This document shows, piece by piece, positions 13,273-25,154 of a stretch of DNA of 64,000 nt (the first letter of the stretch is position 1; each line of letters opens with the position of its first letter). The translations under genes and the position numbers were made by a program. The DNA is from Octopus sinensis (taxonomy: Eukaryota), in the NCBI RefSeq assembly GCF_006345805.1, contig NC_042998.1:122698001-122762000 (forward strand), given 5' to 3'. The notes beneath the pieces are model-generated. The model was given only the letters and a program-made list of their open reading frames with translations. It was not told the origin of the DNA and ran no database searches.

Positions 13273-13397
13273 TCGGACCTAGCATGGCTGTGTGATAAAG
13301 AAGTTTACTTCACAACCGCATTGTTCTGGTTCCCGCCGTCAGGCTGCGTAGAACCTGGATTTCGGATTCTGTAAACTGAAGATGAAAGAAGCCAGTC

Positions 13398-13442
<45 letters not shown>

Positions 13443-13650
13443 GGGGGGGGGGTGAGTGTATTTGCATTTGTCCCCAACACGCTCGACAACCAGTGTTAGT
13501 ATGTTTACGTCTCTGAAACGTAGTGGAGGCATAAACACACGAGAATAAATATCAGGCTTTTACAAAAAGTACTTGGGTTTATTTTGTTGGACTAGAATTC
13601 GTCAAGGTAGGGCCATAGTATAGCCACAATCTAATGACTGAATGTAGTAA
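13273..13650 (+). mobile_element. SINE family B copy with internal (TA)n/G-run
   Basis: ATGGCTGTGTGATAAAGAAGTTTACTTC head, then AAGAAGCCAGTCGTATATA, then tail GTGTTTACGTC...GAATAAAT. Confidence 0.7.
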
Positions 13651-13659
13651 AAACGTCTT

Positions 13660-13820
13660 TCTTCTTTGAACTTTTTTCTATATTTTTAATGAAGAGCTCT
13701 GCTCGAAACGTGAAATCCTCTTTCTTTTCTTTCCTTTCATGAGCGTCCATTAACACAGAACTTGTAGTACGTCCGCGCGTTGTTGGTTTTTTCTTGCTTG
13801 TTCTTGTTTGGATTGACTAT
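13660..13820 (+). mobile_element. PLE-derived short repeat (family P), hammerhead-like core
   Basis: ATGAAGAGCTCTGCTCGAAACGT...GAGCGTCC...ACGTCC...GTTTGGATTGACTAT, followed by a microsatellite; homologous to 15478, 16828, 19156, 24925 and 42410. Confidence 0.6.
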
Positions 13821-13869
13821 ATATATGTATACACACACACACACACATATATATATATACATATATATT

Positions 13870-13924
<55 letters not shown>

Positions 13925-14178
13925 GTGTGTGTGTGTAAAGTTAACAGGTGATATAACCGATTAGGTACGAAAGGTAAGGGCTGTAACGGATTACTAGGTT
14001 TCCAAGGTTATAGCCGAGATGGTAGTTCTGGAGCCATTGCCGATTTCCAATGCAGCGGTTAAATAATTGTTAAAGAGGACAACAAACGTTATGGCAAGAC
14101 AAACATCTCAAGCAATATACATTATTATTACAATAATGTAAATGACTTGAAATGTTTGCCTTCTTGTGCTCTTTAACT

Positions 14179-14281
<103 letters not shown>

Positions 14282-14507
14282 GTAAGATCCAAGGATCAGG
14301 GTGTAGGAAGATAGTAAGATTCGACCAGTCCGTATAAGAAAACAAATTTTAGGAACAGTAGTGGTTTATTGACGTTGTAACTGTTTCTCATATCGAAGTT
14401 CGATAAGCTGGAAAAATGTTTTGGGATAATTATTACTACTTCTGAGGTGCTACTACTTGTGAAACATATGTAGCCTGGACTGTATTTACTCCATCCCCTA
14501 ATTTTGA

Positions 14508-14551
<44 letters not shown>

Positions 14552-15095
14552 AATAATATATGAATATATGTATATATACATGCATATATGTACATACCTA
14601 CATATATATATATATATATATACATACCTACATATATATATATACATGCATATATGGGTACAGGACATCAAAAAAATGTTAAACACAATGAGAAACGAAA
14701 ACATAGAAAACGAACATTTTTTCGAACAACAAAAAAGAAAACAAACAAACAGAGAAACGAGACATGCAACATAAAGAATATTCCCCTTCATCAGTTGTCT
14801 CTGTTTCATCTACTCCGCTTTCGAAGGTAAGGACAATACGCGACTTCGTTGAAACAGTCCGCAAAGCAAATTAAAATTAGGGGACTTTTTGCGGGGGATG
14901 AAAATGGTAACAAGAAAGTGAGAACAAGACAGTAAAAACAAACGGTGAAGGTTGTTGAGCTAAGACGATAGAAAAATATTATGAACGCTAGGAGGAAGAG
15001 CTATGAAAGGAGACAGGTAAAAGCACGTCCTGTTTTCAAGAAACAAATTGACAGAAAGATAGATTCCCTTTTGTGACACTCACACACACACACAC

Positions 15096-15139
<44 letters not shown>

Positions 15140-15143
<4 letters not shown>

Positions 15144-15290
15144 CTGGCTCCTTTCAGTCTCCGTCAACCAAATTGGTTGGCCTGAAGATATAGTATAGAA
15201 CACAACACTCAGACTGAACCCGGACCATATGATCAGGAAGTAAGCTTTTTATCACACAACCACACCTGCGCCTATGTCACGCTTGCACCT
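15140..15290 (-). mobile_element. SINE family B 5' head
   Basis: Reverse complement reads AGGCGCAGGTGTGGTTGTGTGATAAAAAGCTTACTTCC...GGTCCGGGTTCAGTC. Confidence 0.65.
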
Positions 15291-15326
15291 ATTCCATGCC
15301 TGTGCATATATATACATATATGTATA

Positions 15327-15359
<33 letters not shown>

Positions 15360-15477
15360 TTGCATATATATATATATGTATATATATATGTATGAATACA
15401 TATATACATACACACTCACGCAAACACACACGCACACACATTCACACACATATATATCAATTCAGCCAACAAACAAT

Positions 15478-15690
15478 TAAAAAGAAAAACGATTGAAAAT
15501 CGAAGAGAGTAAAAAAAAAAAATGAAAAGAGAAATAATGAACGTGAGGACGTGCACAGGAATTGTATTAGTTTGACGCTCGTTGAAAGGCGAGAGTTTTT
15601 AACGTTGCGAGCATGACTCTTCGTCGGAATGGAGAAAGGGAAAAGTTCAGAGAGGAATGAAAAAGGAATATCGCCGTCCATCCACATCTG
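15478..15690 (-). mobile_element. PLE-derived short repeat (family P)
   Basis: Minus strand reads CCGACGAAGAGTCATGCTCGCAACGTT...GAGCGTCAAACTAATAC...GCACGTCC. Confidence 0.6.
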
Positions 15691-15705
15691 GTTATATTTC
15701 TGAAG

Positions 15706-15739
<34 letters not shown>

Positions 15740-15780
15740 GTGTGTGTGTGTGTGTGTATATATATCTATATCTATATCTG

Positions 15781-15837
<57 letters not shown>

Positions 15838-15865
15838 ATATATATATATATATATATTATATATG

Positions 15866-16576
15866 TAGGAAAATGGTGCTGTTGAAAATGCATCTAAATT
15901 TCAAAAACCGTAATGTTAAAATACATTTATTTACATATATACCAACTAGTTTCAACAATATTTTTTGTTTATCAAGGTAAAAGTTTAAAATTAGAAAAAG
16001 AACATCTTTTAAAAGTTTCAATGTTGACAAATTAAAATGGTTCAATGTTGACAAACTAAAATGTTTCAATGTTGATAAACTAACATGTTCAAAACAGAAG
16101 GCGTAAGTTTGAATGTTAAAAAGCAGTCAATAAAATTAAAACTGTATATCAATTTGTTTGAATGTACAAAGTTCATTAGTTTTAGTGATAGTCGGCAAGT
16201 CATATTGAAAATAACAAGTGTGAAATGAAAATAGTAAAAAAAAAATGGGAATTTGGTTTACAGTTTTACTCATCCTTTTCTAATAGATGCTTTCGCTTGT
16301 AGTGGTATGTTTTGGGATCAGATGGGTTTATAATTTTTTTCCCGCAAAACGTTGTAATTTGTCAACATCGAAGCATTTTAGTCTGTCAAAATTGAAACAT
16401 TTTAATTTGCCAACATTGAAACATTTAAAGATGATTTTTTTTTAATAATTTTAAACTTTTACCATTGATAAGCAAAAAATATTGTCGAAGCTAGTTTGGT
16501 ATATATGTAAATAAATGTATTTTAAACATTTACGAGTTTTTGAAATTTAGGTGCAATTTCAACCACACATTTCCTA
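15866..16576. mobile_element. Foldback-like MITE with ~220-bp TIRs containing three 24-bp sub-repeats
   Basis: Starts TAGGAAAA and ends TTTCCTA; 15866-16090 is the reverse complement of ~16345-16576; 24-mers at 16017, 16041 and 16065 (TTCAATGTTGACAAA...). Further arms lie at 16729-16827, 18640-18890 and 19056-19155. Confidence 0.75.
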
Positions 16577-16610
16577 TATTTTTTCCTGCGTAGAAATACC
16601 ACCTCTCTTT

Positions 16611-16693
<83 letters not shown>

Positions 16694-16827
16694 TATATAT
16701 ATACAATATATATATATGTGTGTGTGTGTAGGAAAACGTGTTGTTGCAAATGCACCTAAATTTCAAAAACTCGTAATGCTTTAAATATACATTTATTTAC
16801 ATATATACCAAACAATTTCAACAATAT

Positions 16828-17030
16828 GTGACCGCGTGTGTACCGTTGGCGATTTTTCCCCTCTGTCTTCCTTTCTCTGGATCTTTCCTTCTCCTATGTC
16901 TCCGACGAAGAGCTCCGCTCGAAACGTTTAACCGTCCTTCTTCCCTTCCTTCCTGGGCATCCATAATACTATCTTTGTTCCACGTCCTCGCCTTGTTGTG
17001 TTTTCTTTTTGTGCTTTCATGTTTGGATTA
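16828..17030 (+). mobile_element. PLE-derived short repeat (family P); duplicate at 19156-19359
   Basis: CCGACGA-A-GAGC-TCC-GCTC-GAAACGT at 16902-16927; ends GTTTGGATTAACTAT plus (TA)n. Confidence 0.65.
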
Positions 17031-17137
17031 ACTATATATATATATATACATATATATACACATATATATATGGTGTGTGTGAGTGTGTTTACATATGTAT
17101 AAGCATAATGTATGTCTGTGTTCTATCTGTCTGTCTG

Positions 17138-17197
<60 letters not shown>

Positions 17198-17563
17198 GTT
17201 AATCTGTAAAGAACGTAGTAGAGTACAGCATAGAGCTCGTCCACCTTCAGATTTACCCTGTGCTATCCAGTTAGTAATATGATACGTACTTCCATGTTTG
17301 CGCTTGGTTATCTGTCGTGTGTGAATAGATAATTGAAAAAATTGGAGTCAACAAGGGGTACGGTTGGATATTTATGTTTTAATCACTACAGTTATATTGA
17401 CGCAACGTAATTTTGCAGGTGTGCAAATACTTGATTATGCAACACTTTACCTGCGTAATGAGATTTAGCTTCCTCAGGCGATATGTAATATTGTATCCGT
17501 AATGTTTAAAATCCTTGGTTTCAAGAACATCCTGTTGGTGTCGTGGTATATATATATACATAT

Positions 17564-17595
<32 letters not shown>

Positions 17596-17678
17596 GTATA
17601 CGTATATATATATATGTATGTATATATGTATGTATATATATATATATATATTATATATATATATATTATATATTATAC

Positions 17679-17727
<49 letters not shown>

Positions 17728-18110
17728 ATATTATCAAAACTGATGCTGATCTATTGAATAGACTCACGCAGCTCAAAGTTAAGCAGGCCTCTTATAAAAG
17801 TTGTACAGTATGACGTAAATCAACGCATAAAACACTCCGTTCAGTTAGCGAAGAATGCGTTGGTGAAGGGAAGGGAAGTTCACTGGTGTGTTAATATCCT
17901 GTACCAAGAGTATCCAAGATTATAAAACTTTAAATATTGTGTAATATAACAATATACCAGATGAATGTATCTTAAGCATGTCTACAAATGTTTTAGTGAA
18001 AGTTACATTTTGGCGTAACATTATAGCTGTAGGAATGTATAGACGTGTAATATTTATAAAAGTTACAATGCGTTACCTAGAATCTCTCAATTCTTCAGGT
18101 TAACCATAAT
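17198..18110 (-). mobile_element. Penelope-like element RT-thumb/GIY-YIG fragment split by a (TA)n array; duplicate at 19468-20400
   Basis: Minus frames resemble PLE thumb and endonuclease regions (e.g. TQEKCCII...TCKI...SIIYSHTTD); heavily decayed. Confidence 0.5.
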
Positions 18111-18127
18111 CAAGCAGGTAATATTCT

Positions 18128-18590
18128 CTACTCAGGCCCCAAGGCACGAAATTTTTGGGGGAGGGGGCTAGTCGATTAGATCGATCAAGTACGGAACTGG
18201 TGACCCCGAAAGGATGACAGACAAAGTCGGTCTCGGCGGAATTTGAACTCAGAACGTAAAGACAGACGAAATACCACTAAGCATTTCGCCCGGCGTGCGA
18301 ACCTTTCTGCCAGCTCGCCGCCTTAAAGCAGGTAAATATTGATATTCTACTATGTCATCACAAATATGTTGTAATACCTTCAAAATAGCATCATGTCAAT
18401 ATTTCGTCTTAAGGTAACAAGCTGACAGTATAGTTAGCACGATGGGCCTAATGCTTAGCGGCATTTCATCCACTAATAAGTTCTGTCAGGGGTGATAAAA
18501 TAAGTACCAGTTGAGCAGTAAGGTCGATGTAATCGACTTACCCTCTACATGAAATTGCTGTTTTTGTGCCAAAATTTGAAACTAGTATTT
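18128..18590. mobile_element. Divergent pair of SINE A copies (18128-18325 minus; 18409-18590 plus); duplicated at 20428-20628 and 20711-20892
   Basis: The minus copy has a near-complete head, GGCGGCGAGCTGGCAGAAAGG...GGGCGAAATGCTTAGTGG...GAGTTCAAATTCCGCCGAG. Confidence 0.85.
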
Positions 18591-18940
18591 CGTTGTAGTC
18601 GTCATCATGTATCGTACGCCTGTAGCGCATCGATGGGTTTATAATTTTTTTCCCGCAAAACATTGTAATTTGTCAATATTGAAGCCATTTTAGTTTGTCA
18701 AAATTGAAACATTTTAATTTGCCAACAATGAAACTTTTAAAGATGATTTTTTTAAAAATAATTTTAAACTTTTACCATTGATAAGCAAAAAATATTGTCG
18801 AAGCTAGTTAGGTATATATGTAAATAAATGTATTTTAAACATTTACGAGTTTTGAAATTTAGGTGCAATTTCAACAACACATTTTCCTATATTTTTTCCT
18901 GCGTAGAAATACCATCTTCTCTTTGTTATATTACATACAT

Positions 18941-19012
<72 letters not shown>

Positions 19013-19874
19013 TATATTATATATATATATATAATTATACATATATATATATATGTAGGAAAATGTGTTGTTGAAAATGCACCTAAATTTCAAAAACTCG
19101 TAAATGTTGTAAATACATTTATTTACATATATACCAAACTAGTTTCAACAATATGTGACCGCGTGTGTACCGTTGGCGATTTTTTCCCCTCTGTCTTCCC
19201 TTCTCTGGATCTTTCCTTCTCCTATGTCTCCGACGAAGAGCTCCGCTCGAAACGTTTAATCCTCCTTCTTCCCTTCCTTCCTGAGCATCCAATAATACTA
19301 TATTTGTTCCACGTCCTCGCCTTGTGTTTTCTCTTTGTGTTTTCATGTTTGGATTAACTATATATATAAATATACACATATATATGGTGTGTGTGAGTGT
19401 TTACATATGTATAAGCATAATGTATGCCTGTGTCCTATCTGTCTGTCTGTATGTATATATATATTATGTTATATCTGTAAAGAACGTAGTAGAGTACAGC
19501 ATAGAGCTCGTCCGCCTTCAGATTTACCCTGTGCTTTCCAGTAGTAATATTATACGTACTTCCATGTTTGCGCTTGTTTATCTGTCGTGTGTGAATAGAT
19601 AATTGAAAAAATTGAAGTCAACAAGGGGAACGGTTGGATATTTATGTTTTAATCACAACAATTATTTTGACGCATCGAAATTTTGCAGGTGTGCAAGTAC
19701 TTGATTATGCAACACTTTTCCTGCGTAATGAGATTTAGCTTCCTCAGGCGATATGTAAATATTGTATCCGTATGTTTCAAATCCTTGGTTTCAAGAACAT
19801 CCTGTCTGGTTGTCGTGGTATATATATATACATATATACATACATACATACATATATATATATATTATATATAT

Positions 19875-19921
<47 letters not shown>

Positions 19922-21129
19922 GTATATATATATGTATGTATATATGAATATATGTATATATATATATATATATATAATATATATATACATATATATATAT
20001 ACATATTATATATATATATATATATATATTAAACTGATGTTGATCTATTGAATAGACTCAGGCAGCTCAAAGTTAAGCAGGCCTCTTATAAGGTTGCACA
20101 GTATGACGTAAATCATCAACGTATAAAACAATCCGTTCATTTAGCAAAGTATGCGTTGATGAAGGGAAGTTCACTGGTGTTAATATCCTGTAAATCCAAG
20201 AGTATCCAAGATTATATGGAACTTTAAATATAGTGTAATATAACAATATACCAGATGAATGTATCTTAAGTATGTCTACAAATGTTTTAGTGAAAGTTAC
20301 ATTTTGGCGTAACATTACAGCTGTAGGAATGTATAGACGTGTAATATTTATAAAAGTATACAATGCGTTACCTAGAATCTCTCGATTCTTCAGGTTAACC
20401 ATAATCAAAGCAGGTAAATATTCTTTCCTACTCTAGTCCCCAAGGCACGAAATTTTTGGGGGAGGGGGCTAGTCGATTAGATCGACTCAAGTACGGAACT
20501 GGTGATCCCGAAAGGATGACAGACAAAGTCGGTCTCGGCGGAATTTGAACTCAGAACGTAAAGACAGACGAAATACCACTAAGCATTTCGCCCGGCGTGC
20601 TTAACCTTTCTGCCAGCTCGCCGCCTTAAAGCAGGTAAATATTGATATTCTACTATGTGATCATTAATATGTTGTAATACCTTCAAAATAGCATCATGTC
20701 AATATTTCGTCTTAAGGTAACAAGCTGACGGTATAATTAGCACGATGGGCCTAATGCTTAGCGGCATTTCGTCCACCAATAAGTTCTGTCAGGGGTGATA
20801 AAATAAATACCAGTTGAGCACTAAAGTCGATGTAATAGACTTACCCTCTACATGAAATTGCTGTTTTTGTGCCAAAATTTGGAACTAGTATTTCGTTGTA
20901 GTCGTCGTCATGTATCGTACACCTGTAGCGCATCGATGAAACTACAATGAAAGTCTTTCCGATTAAGCGCGAGTTCTCCAGCAGCCTTGCCTATCTTGTC
21001 CTATCAGCTTTTCTTAACCTTTTCTTTTAAATTTACGCCGACCCCTCCAGCCTAAATGAGTGACTGGTTTAGTTCTCCAATTATATATAAGAAAAATAAA
21101 TTTTACTTAACAACGTAGCGCTATTCAGA

Positions 21130-24100
21130 CCGAATTAAAAAAAAATATACCTTATAACAAGTGGAATTTTGCTGAAATTAAGAACAATACTACTGACGAA
21201 AACAGCACTAAAGGACCAGTAAGCTATCTCCTTTCATTACACCTAAACCAAAATCTGCATCGATGCTGTGAAGAATCCGGTGAAGACCCTTCTATCGGGT
21301 ATATGAAGCGGTTAAAAAACTTCTGGAGCGAAGCACACCCCAACTGAAGCACCTTTACTGTGAAAAATTTTTGGCAATAAGAATCTTTCTTTTAAATAAT
21401 GGGTTACTCTCGTGATTAAATCGATCTTCTCAAAACACTGAGAACTGGCCAAAACCTGCCAGAAAAGAGATCGAAAATAATGTAAACAAACCACTCCCGC
21501 CACCACTAAATTCTCGTGATCTCCAAATATAGCCGAATCAGCAGAGACAACTCTGGAATATATTCAGCTTAGAAACATCCTGAAACTGCAGTTCGTAGAA
21601 AGCTTTTTTTACTTGTTTGGAAATTTCAATAAGCAACAGACCGTTCTTAACAAGATTAAGAAAAAATCCAACAACTCTAACTTTGAAAGTTAGTGAATCA
21701 TGAGATGTTAATTACTGGAATATTAATACTCTCACATACACAACTACTGTCACTCTTAAAGAACACCTAGGAGAAATCTGCAGTATAAAAAAGTACATGA
21801 AGAAAATAATAATCTGCGTCACCATATTGGACGGTTAACCATAATAAGAGGAATAATGAATTTACACCTCATCAATTATATCTTACGAATAAATTAACAA
21901 AACGTTATACTGACTCGTCACACCAAGCTCTCAAGAGAATGTTAATTACTCTAAAACACGAACTCATGGCGCAGTGCGAAAAGTTTCGCTACCGCAGGCG
22001 AATTTTTGAACGATTCTGTATAAATCATGCTTCCTGATTGCCAACAAACATTATACAGTAAGACGAGGAAGGAGAATATTACCGTTAAGTCCCACCTCCA
22101 CTTTCAAGAAGATGTTGAAACTTTCTAGTTGAAAGCCTGGAACGAAAAGAAGAATTACAACCTTAATGCATTGTGGCTAAATGTAATAAGGAAAGAATAA
22201 TGTACCTATATCAGCAGTAAAACATATATGCAATTAACCGGGAGACATTCACCATTGCCGGAGGTAAACTGCATAACGTAAGGGACCTAATAGTATACTG
22301 CCTAATGGAAGATACCTGTAATGGATCTAATAGTTGGATAGTGCTACAACTACAAGAGGTTGATATTTTACAGGAAATCACTAACATGCATATTGAGAAG
22401 TACTACGGAATCTCAGATTGACAGACCAAATTGGCTTGCTATAGAACGCACAATTCTTGTAGCCAAGTATGAAACCATCAATGCATTGTTTGCCTAAACC
22501 TTATGTACAGACGGTACACAAGATGTCTCAACCAATTCCTCCAGGATCATTGTGAGTTCAAGATCATTGTAGATGATGAACAGACCGGTGAAAAGAAAAG
22601 AGCGTGGGGATGTGCCGAATAACTTTTTAAAAACATAAATGTACTTTTTGAAGTAAAATAAAAAGCATTGTAAGAGACTTGCAACAACATGGCTTGGTTA
22701 TAGAAAGGCATTTGAGTCTATATCCTACTCATAACCTCTGAAGTATCTTCATTTGGCAAAATTATCTGCTGCGTTAATTCCTGGCATTTAGAGGTTCACA
22801 AAGATCTGGGCAGCAATTTTTACACTTAGAACTGCGAGCTGAATGATCGTCTCCAATGTTATGAACATTTCGAAGGGAATATTCCATAGAGATTTGGGTA
22901 ACCCTGCTCATTTGGGAATTAAATCCATTATCAGTCCTGCTACAAAAATCAAACGGTGACATTTTAGGGGTTACAGCTGCTAGAGATATTAATGTAACCC
23001 ATAATCTCCTTGTGGATGATCTCAATATTTATGCTAAGGATATTAACAAAGCCAAAAAGCATCCGGAATTATTAACATTTTCAGCTGACTCAGGAATGGA
23101 ATTTGGCCCCCCAAAAGGATCATATTTGATTCGTAAACGGGGAAATTCAGTTCCCAGGCTCAAAACCTGTGCTTGAATGATCTCACCATTTTTCCTGTCC
23201 GATACAAAGAATAACTACAGGTAACTAGACATTAATGAAAACATATATAATTTAATAAAGTTAGAGTGACCCGAGAATATCATACCAGACTTAGAAAAAT
23301 ATGGCAGTAGGAACTCTTCTCTTACAATTGAACAATATCCCACAATGCGTTTGCTGTACCAGAGCTGATTTCAACATTCGGAAAACGTGACTGGTCTGTA
23401 GAAGAAATCCACTCCATAAACGTTAAAACCCGCAAAATACTAACACCAACTGGAATTCTCCTCAGAAAAAGTGATATCAATTGGCTCTACCTAAGAAGAG
23501 ATAAAGTAGGTAGAGGCTTGAGGCAAACCTCGAATGTCGTATAGTCTCCCTCAGATAGCACTTCCTAAACGATATAAGTAAAAACAAATACATTAACTTA
23601 GTGCTGAAAAGGGAAGAGAATAATATTCTATGTGTCGGCAGTGAGCTCCTAAAGAAGAATTCTCTTGATGAACTTGCGTACAATACAAAAGCAGCTACAC
23701 TAACATACATCAAAGAAGACCTGAATGTGAAAAACTCAGCATACCAAACAAAAAAAAAAAAAAACGCCAAAAAAACAACAAAAAAGACAATGTATATGTT
23801 TCCCGAAGACGTGAAGAAGACAGTAATATTGACATGAAGCAAAGTTTCTCTTGAACTCGTGACCACTTTTGCAACACATATCGAAAGATATGCATTTGCA
23901 ACCCCAAAACAGGAAACTGCAAAGAAATACATAATAAGCAAAACAGACAATGAATCATTTGGAGCTCCACGATGCAACTGAAAATGTAGATTTTGTCATA
24001 TTTCTGTGGAAGATATCACACGTATGATTAGCAGCTGTCCTGCCCCAAAATGTTATCCCAGAAACGACGTTGTTGCAAGAACGATATATATAATGTTATT

Positions 24101-24640
24101 AGGAAAAAAAGACTGTCCTGGAACACGTATAACATATATATTTTATTGAATACATACACAAACATTAACATAAGGAATACTGCTGGAACATTCCCATAAA
24201 AAATCTGTCAAATGTAAACTTAACAGGCCGGATATTGTTGTTTGGGACAAAATGGAAAAGGTATGTACCGCTGTGTTGCGTAGCTGTCTTGCTAATCTGA
24301 ATATCACTTTGAAAATCAACGAGAAAGAAGATAGCCATAGAAAACTACTTCGAAACCTCCAGCTTCTATATCCAGGTAATAAATTCACATTCATACCAAT
24401 AATAATCGGTGCACTTGGCTTTGTGAGTAAATGTCCAACTGACAATTTGGATAACCCAGGGTTATCAGAAAATGAAATCAGCCAACTAACTCACATATTA
24501 CAAATACAATCTGTAAAAATATGCAAGACATTTCACAGGTTTAAAATGTGATATTGATTTTGTTATCAACCGCCCAACGATGGAGCATTGAATTTTTGTT
24601 AGAAATCAGCTCCTTCCTCAGAGGAAGAATATAGATAATT
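21130..24640 (+). mobile_element. Near full-length, decayed R4/Dong-like RLE LINE
   Basis: Ordered remnants: YMKRLKNFWSE; WLGYRKAFES; GIFHRD; VTHNLLVDDLNIYA; SDINWLYLRRDKVGRGL; CCHC-like knuckle near 23990-24070; NRPDIVVWDK (24222-24251) and FIPIIIGALG restriction-like endonuclease; 3' hairpin GGAGC/GCTCC (24582-24613). Confidence 0.85.
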
Positions 24641-24852
24641 AAAAACAGGAGTGAACATACATTCACTCACACACACACACACACTCACACATACAAATGA
24701 TTAATGTTCCCGACATGCGACAATGCAACTATAGCGTGAATATTGAAGCGTAAAACTGTTGACATAAAGGAGTACCATTTCAATGCCCAAGTTCGTTTCT
24801 CTTAGAAACAAAGACACACACACACAACCACACACACCAACACACGCGCACA

Positions 24853-24896
<44 letters not shown>

Positions 24897-24924
24897 ATAC
24901 ACACACACACACGCATATATGTAT

Positions 24925-25107
24925 GTATGGGATATTTTTTCCTTCTCTGGACGTTTCCGTTTTCCTTTCTGACAAAGAAGTATGTTTGAAACGTCAAAAA
25001 TCCTCTCTTTTTTCCACCTTTACCGAGCGTCAAACTAATACATTTCATGTGCACGTCCGCTTCTTGTTTTGTTATTGTTATTTTTAATGTTCGCTTATTC
25101 GATTTGA

Positions 25108-25110
<3 letters not shown>
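24925..25110 (+). mobile_element. PLE-derived short repeat (family P)
   Basis: CTGACAAAGAAGTATGTTTGAAACGTC...GAGCGTCAAACTAATAC...GCACGTCC...GATTTGACTA, followed by (CA)n. Confidence 0.55.

Positions 25111-25154
<44 letters not shown>

Larger units (their letters stand above)
16321..20938. repeat. Tandem segmental duplication, ~2.3-kb unit (16321-18631 and 18632-20934)
   Basis: Both units are collinear across MITE arm, (TA)n, family P repeat, PLE fragment and two SINEs, with scattered substitutions and small indels; GATG occurs at all three junctions (16321, 18632, 20935). Confidence 0.92.

Noticed and set aside
14640-14870. Minus-strand repeat with CTGTTTC/GAAACAG pairing, GAAA and CTGATGAAGGGG
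   Set aside because: Probably another PLE-like terminus, but the elements are not in an order that gives a valid hammerhead in this copy.
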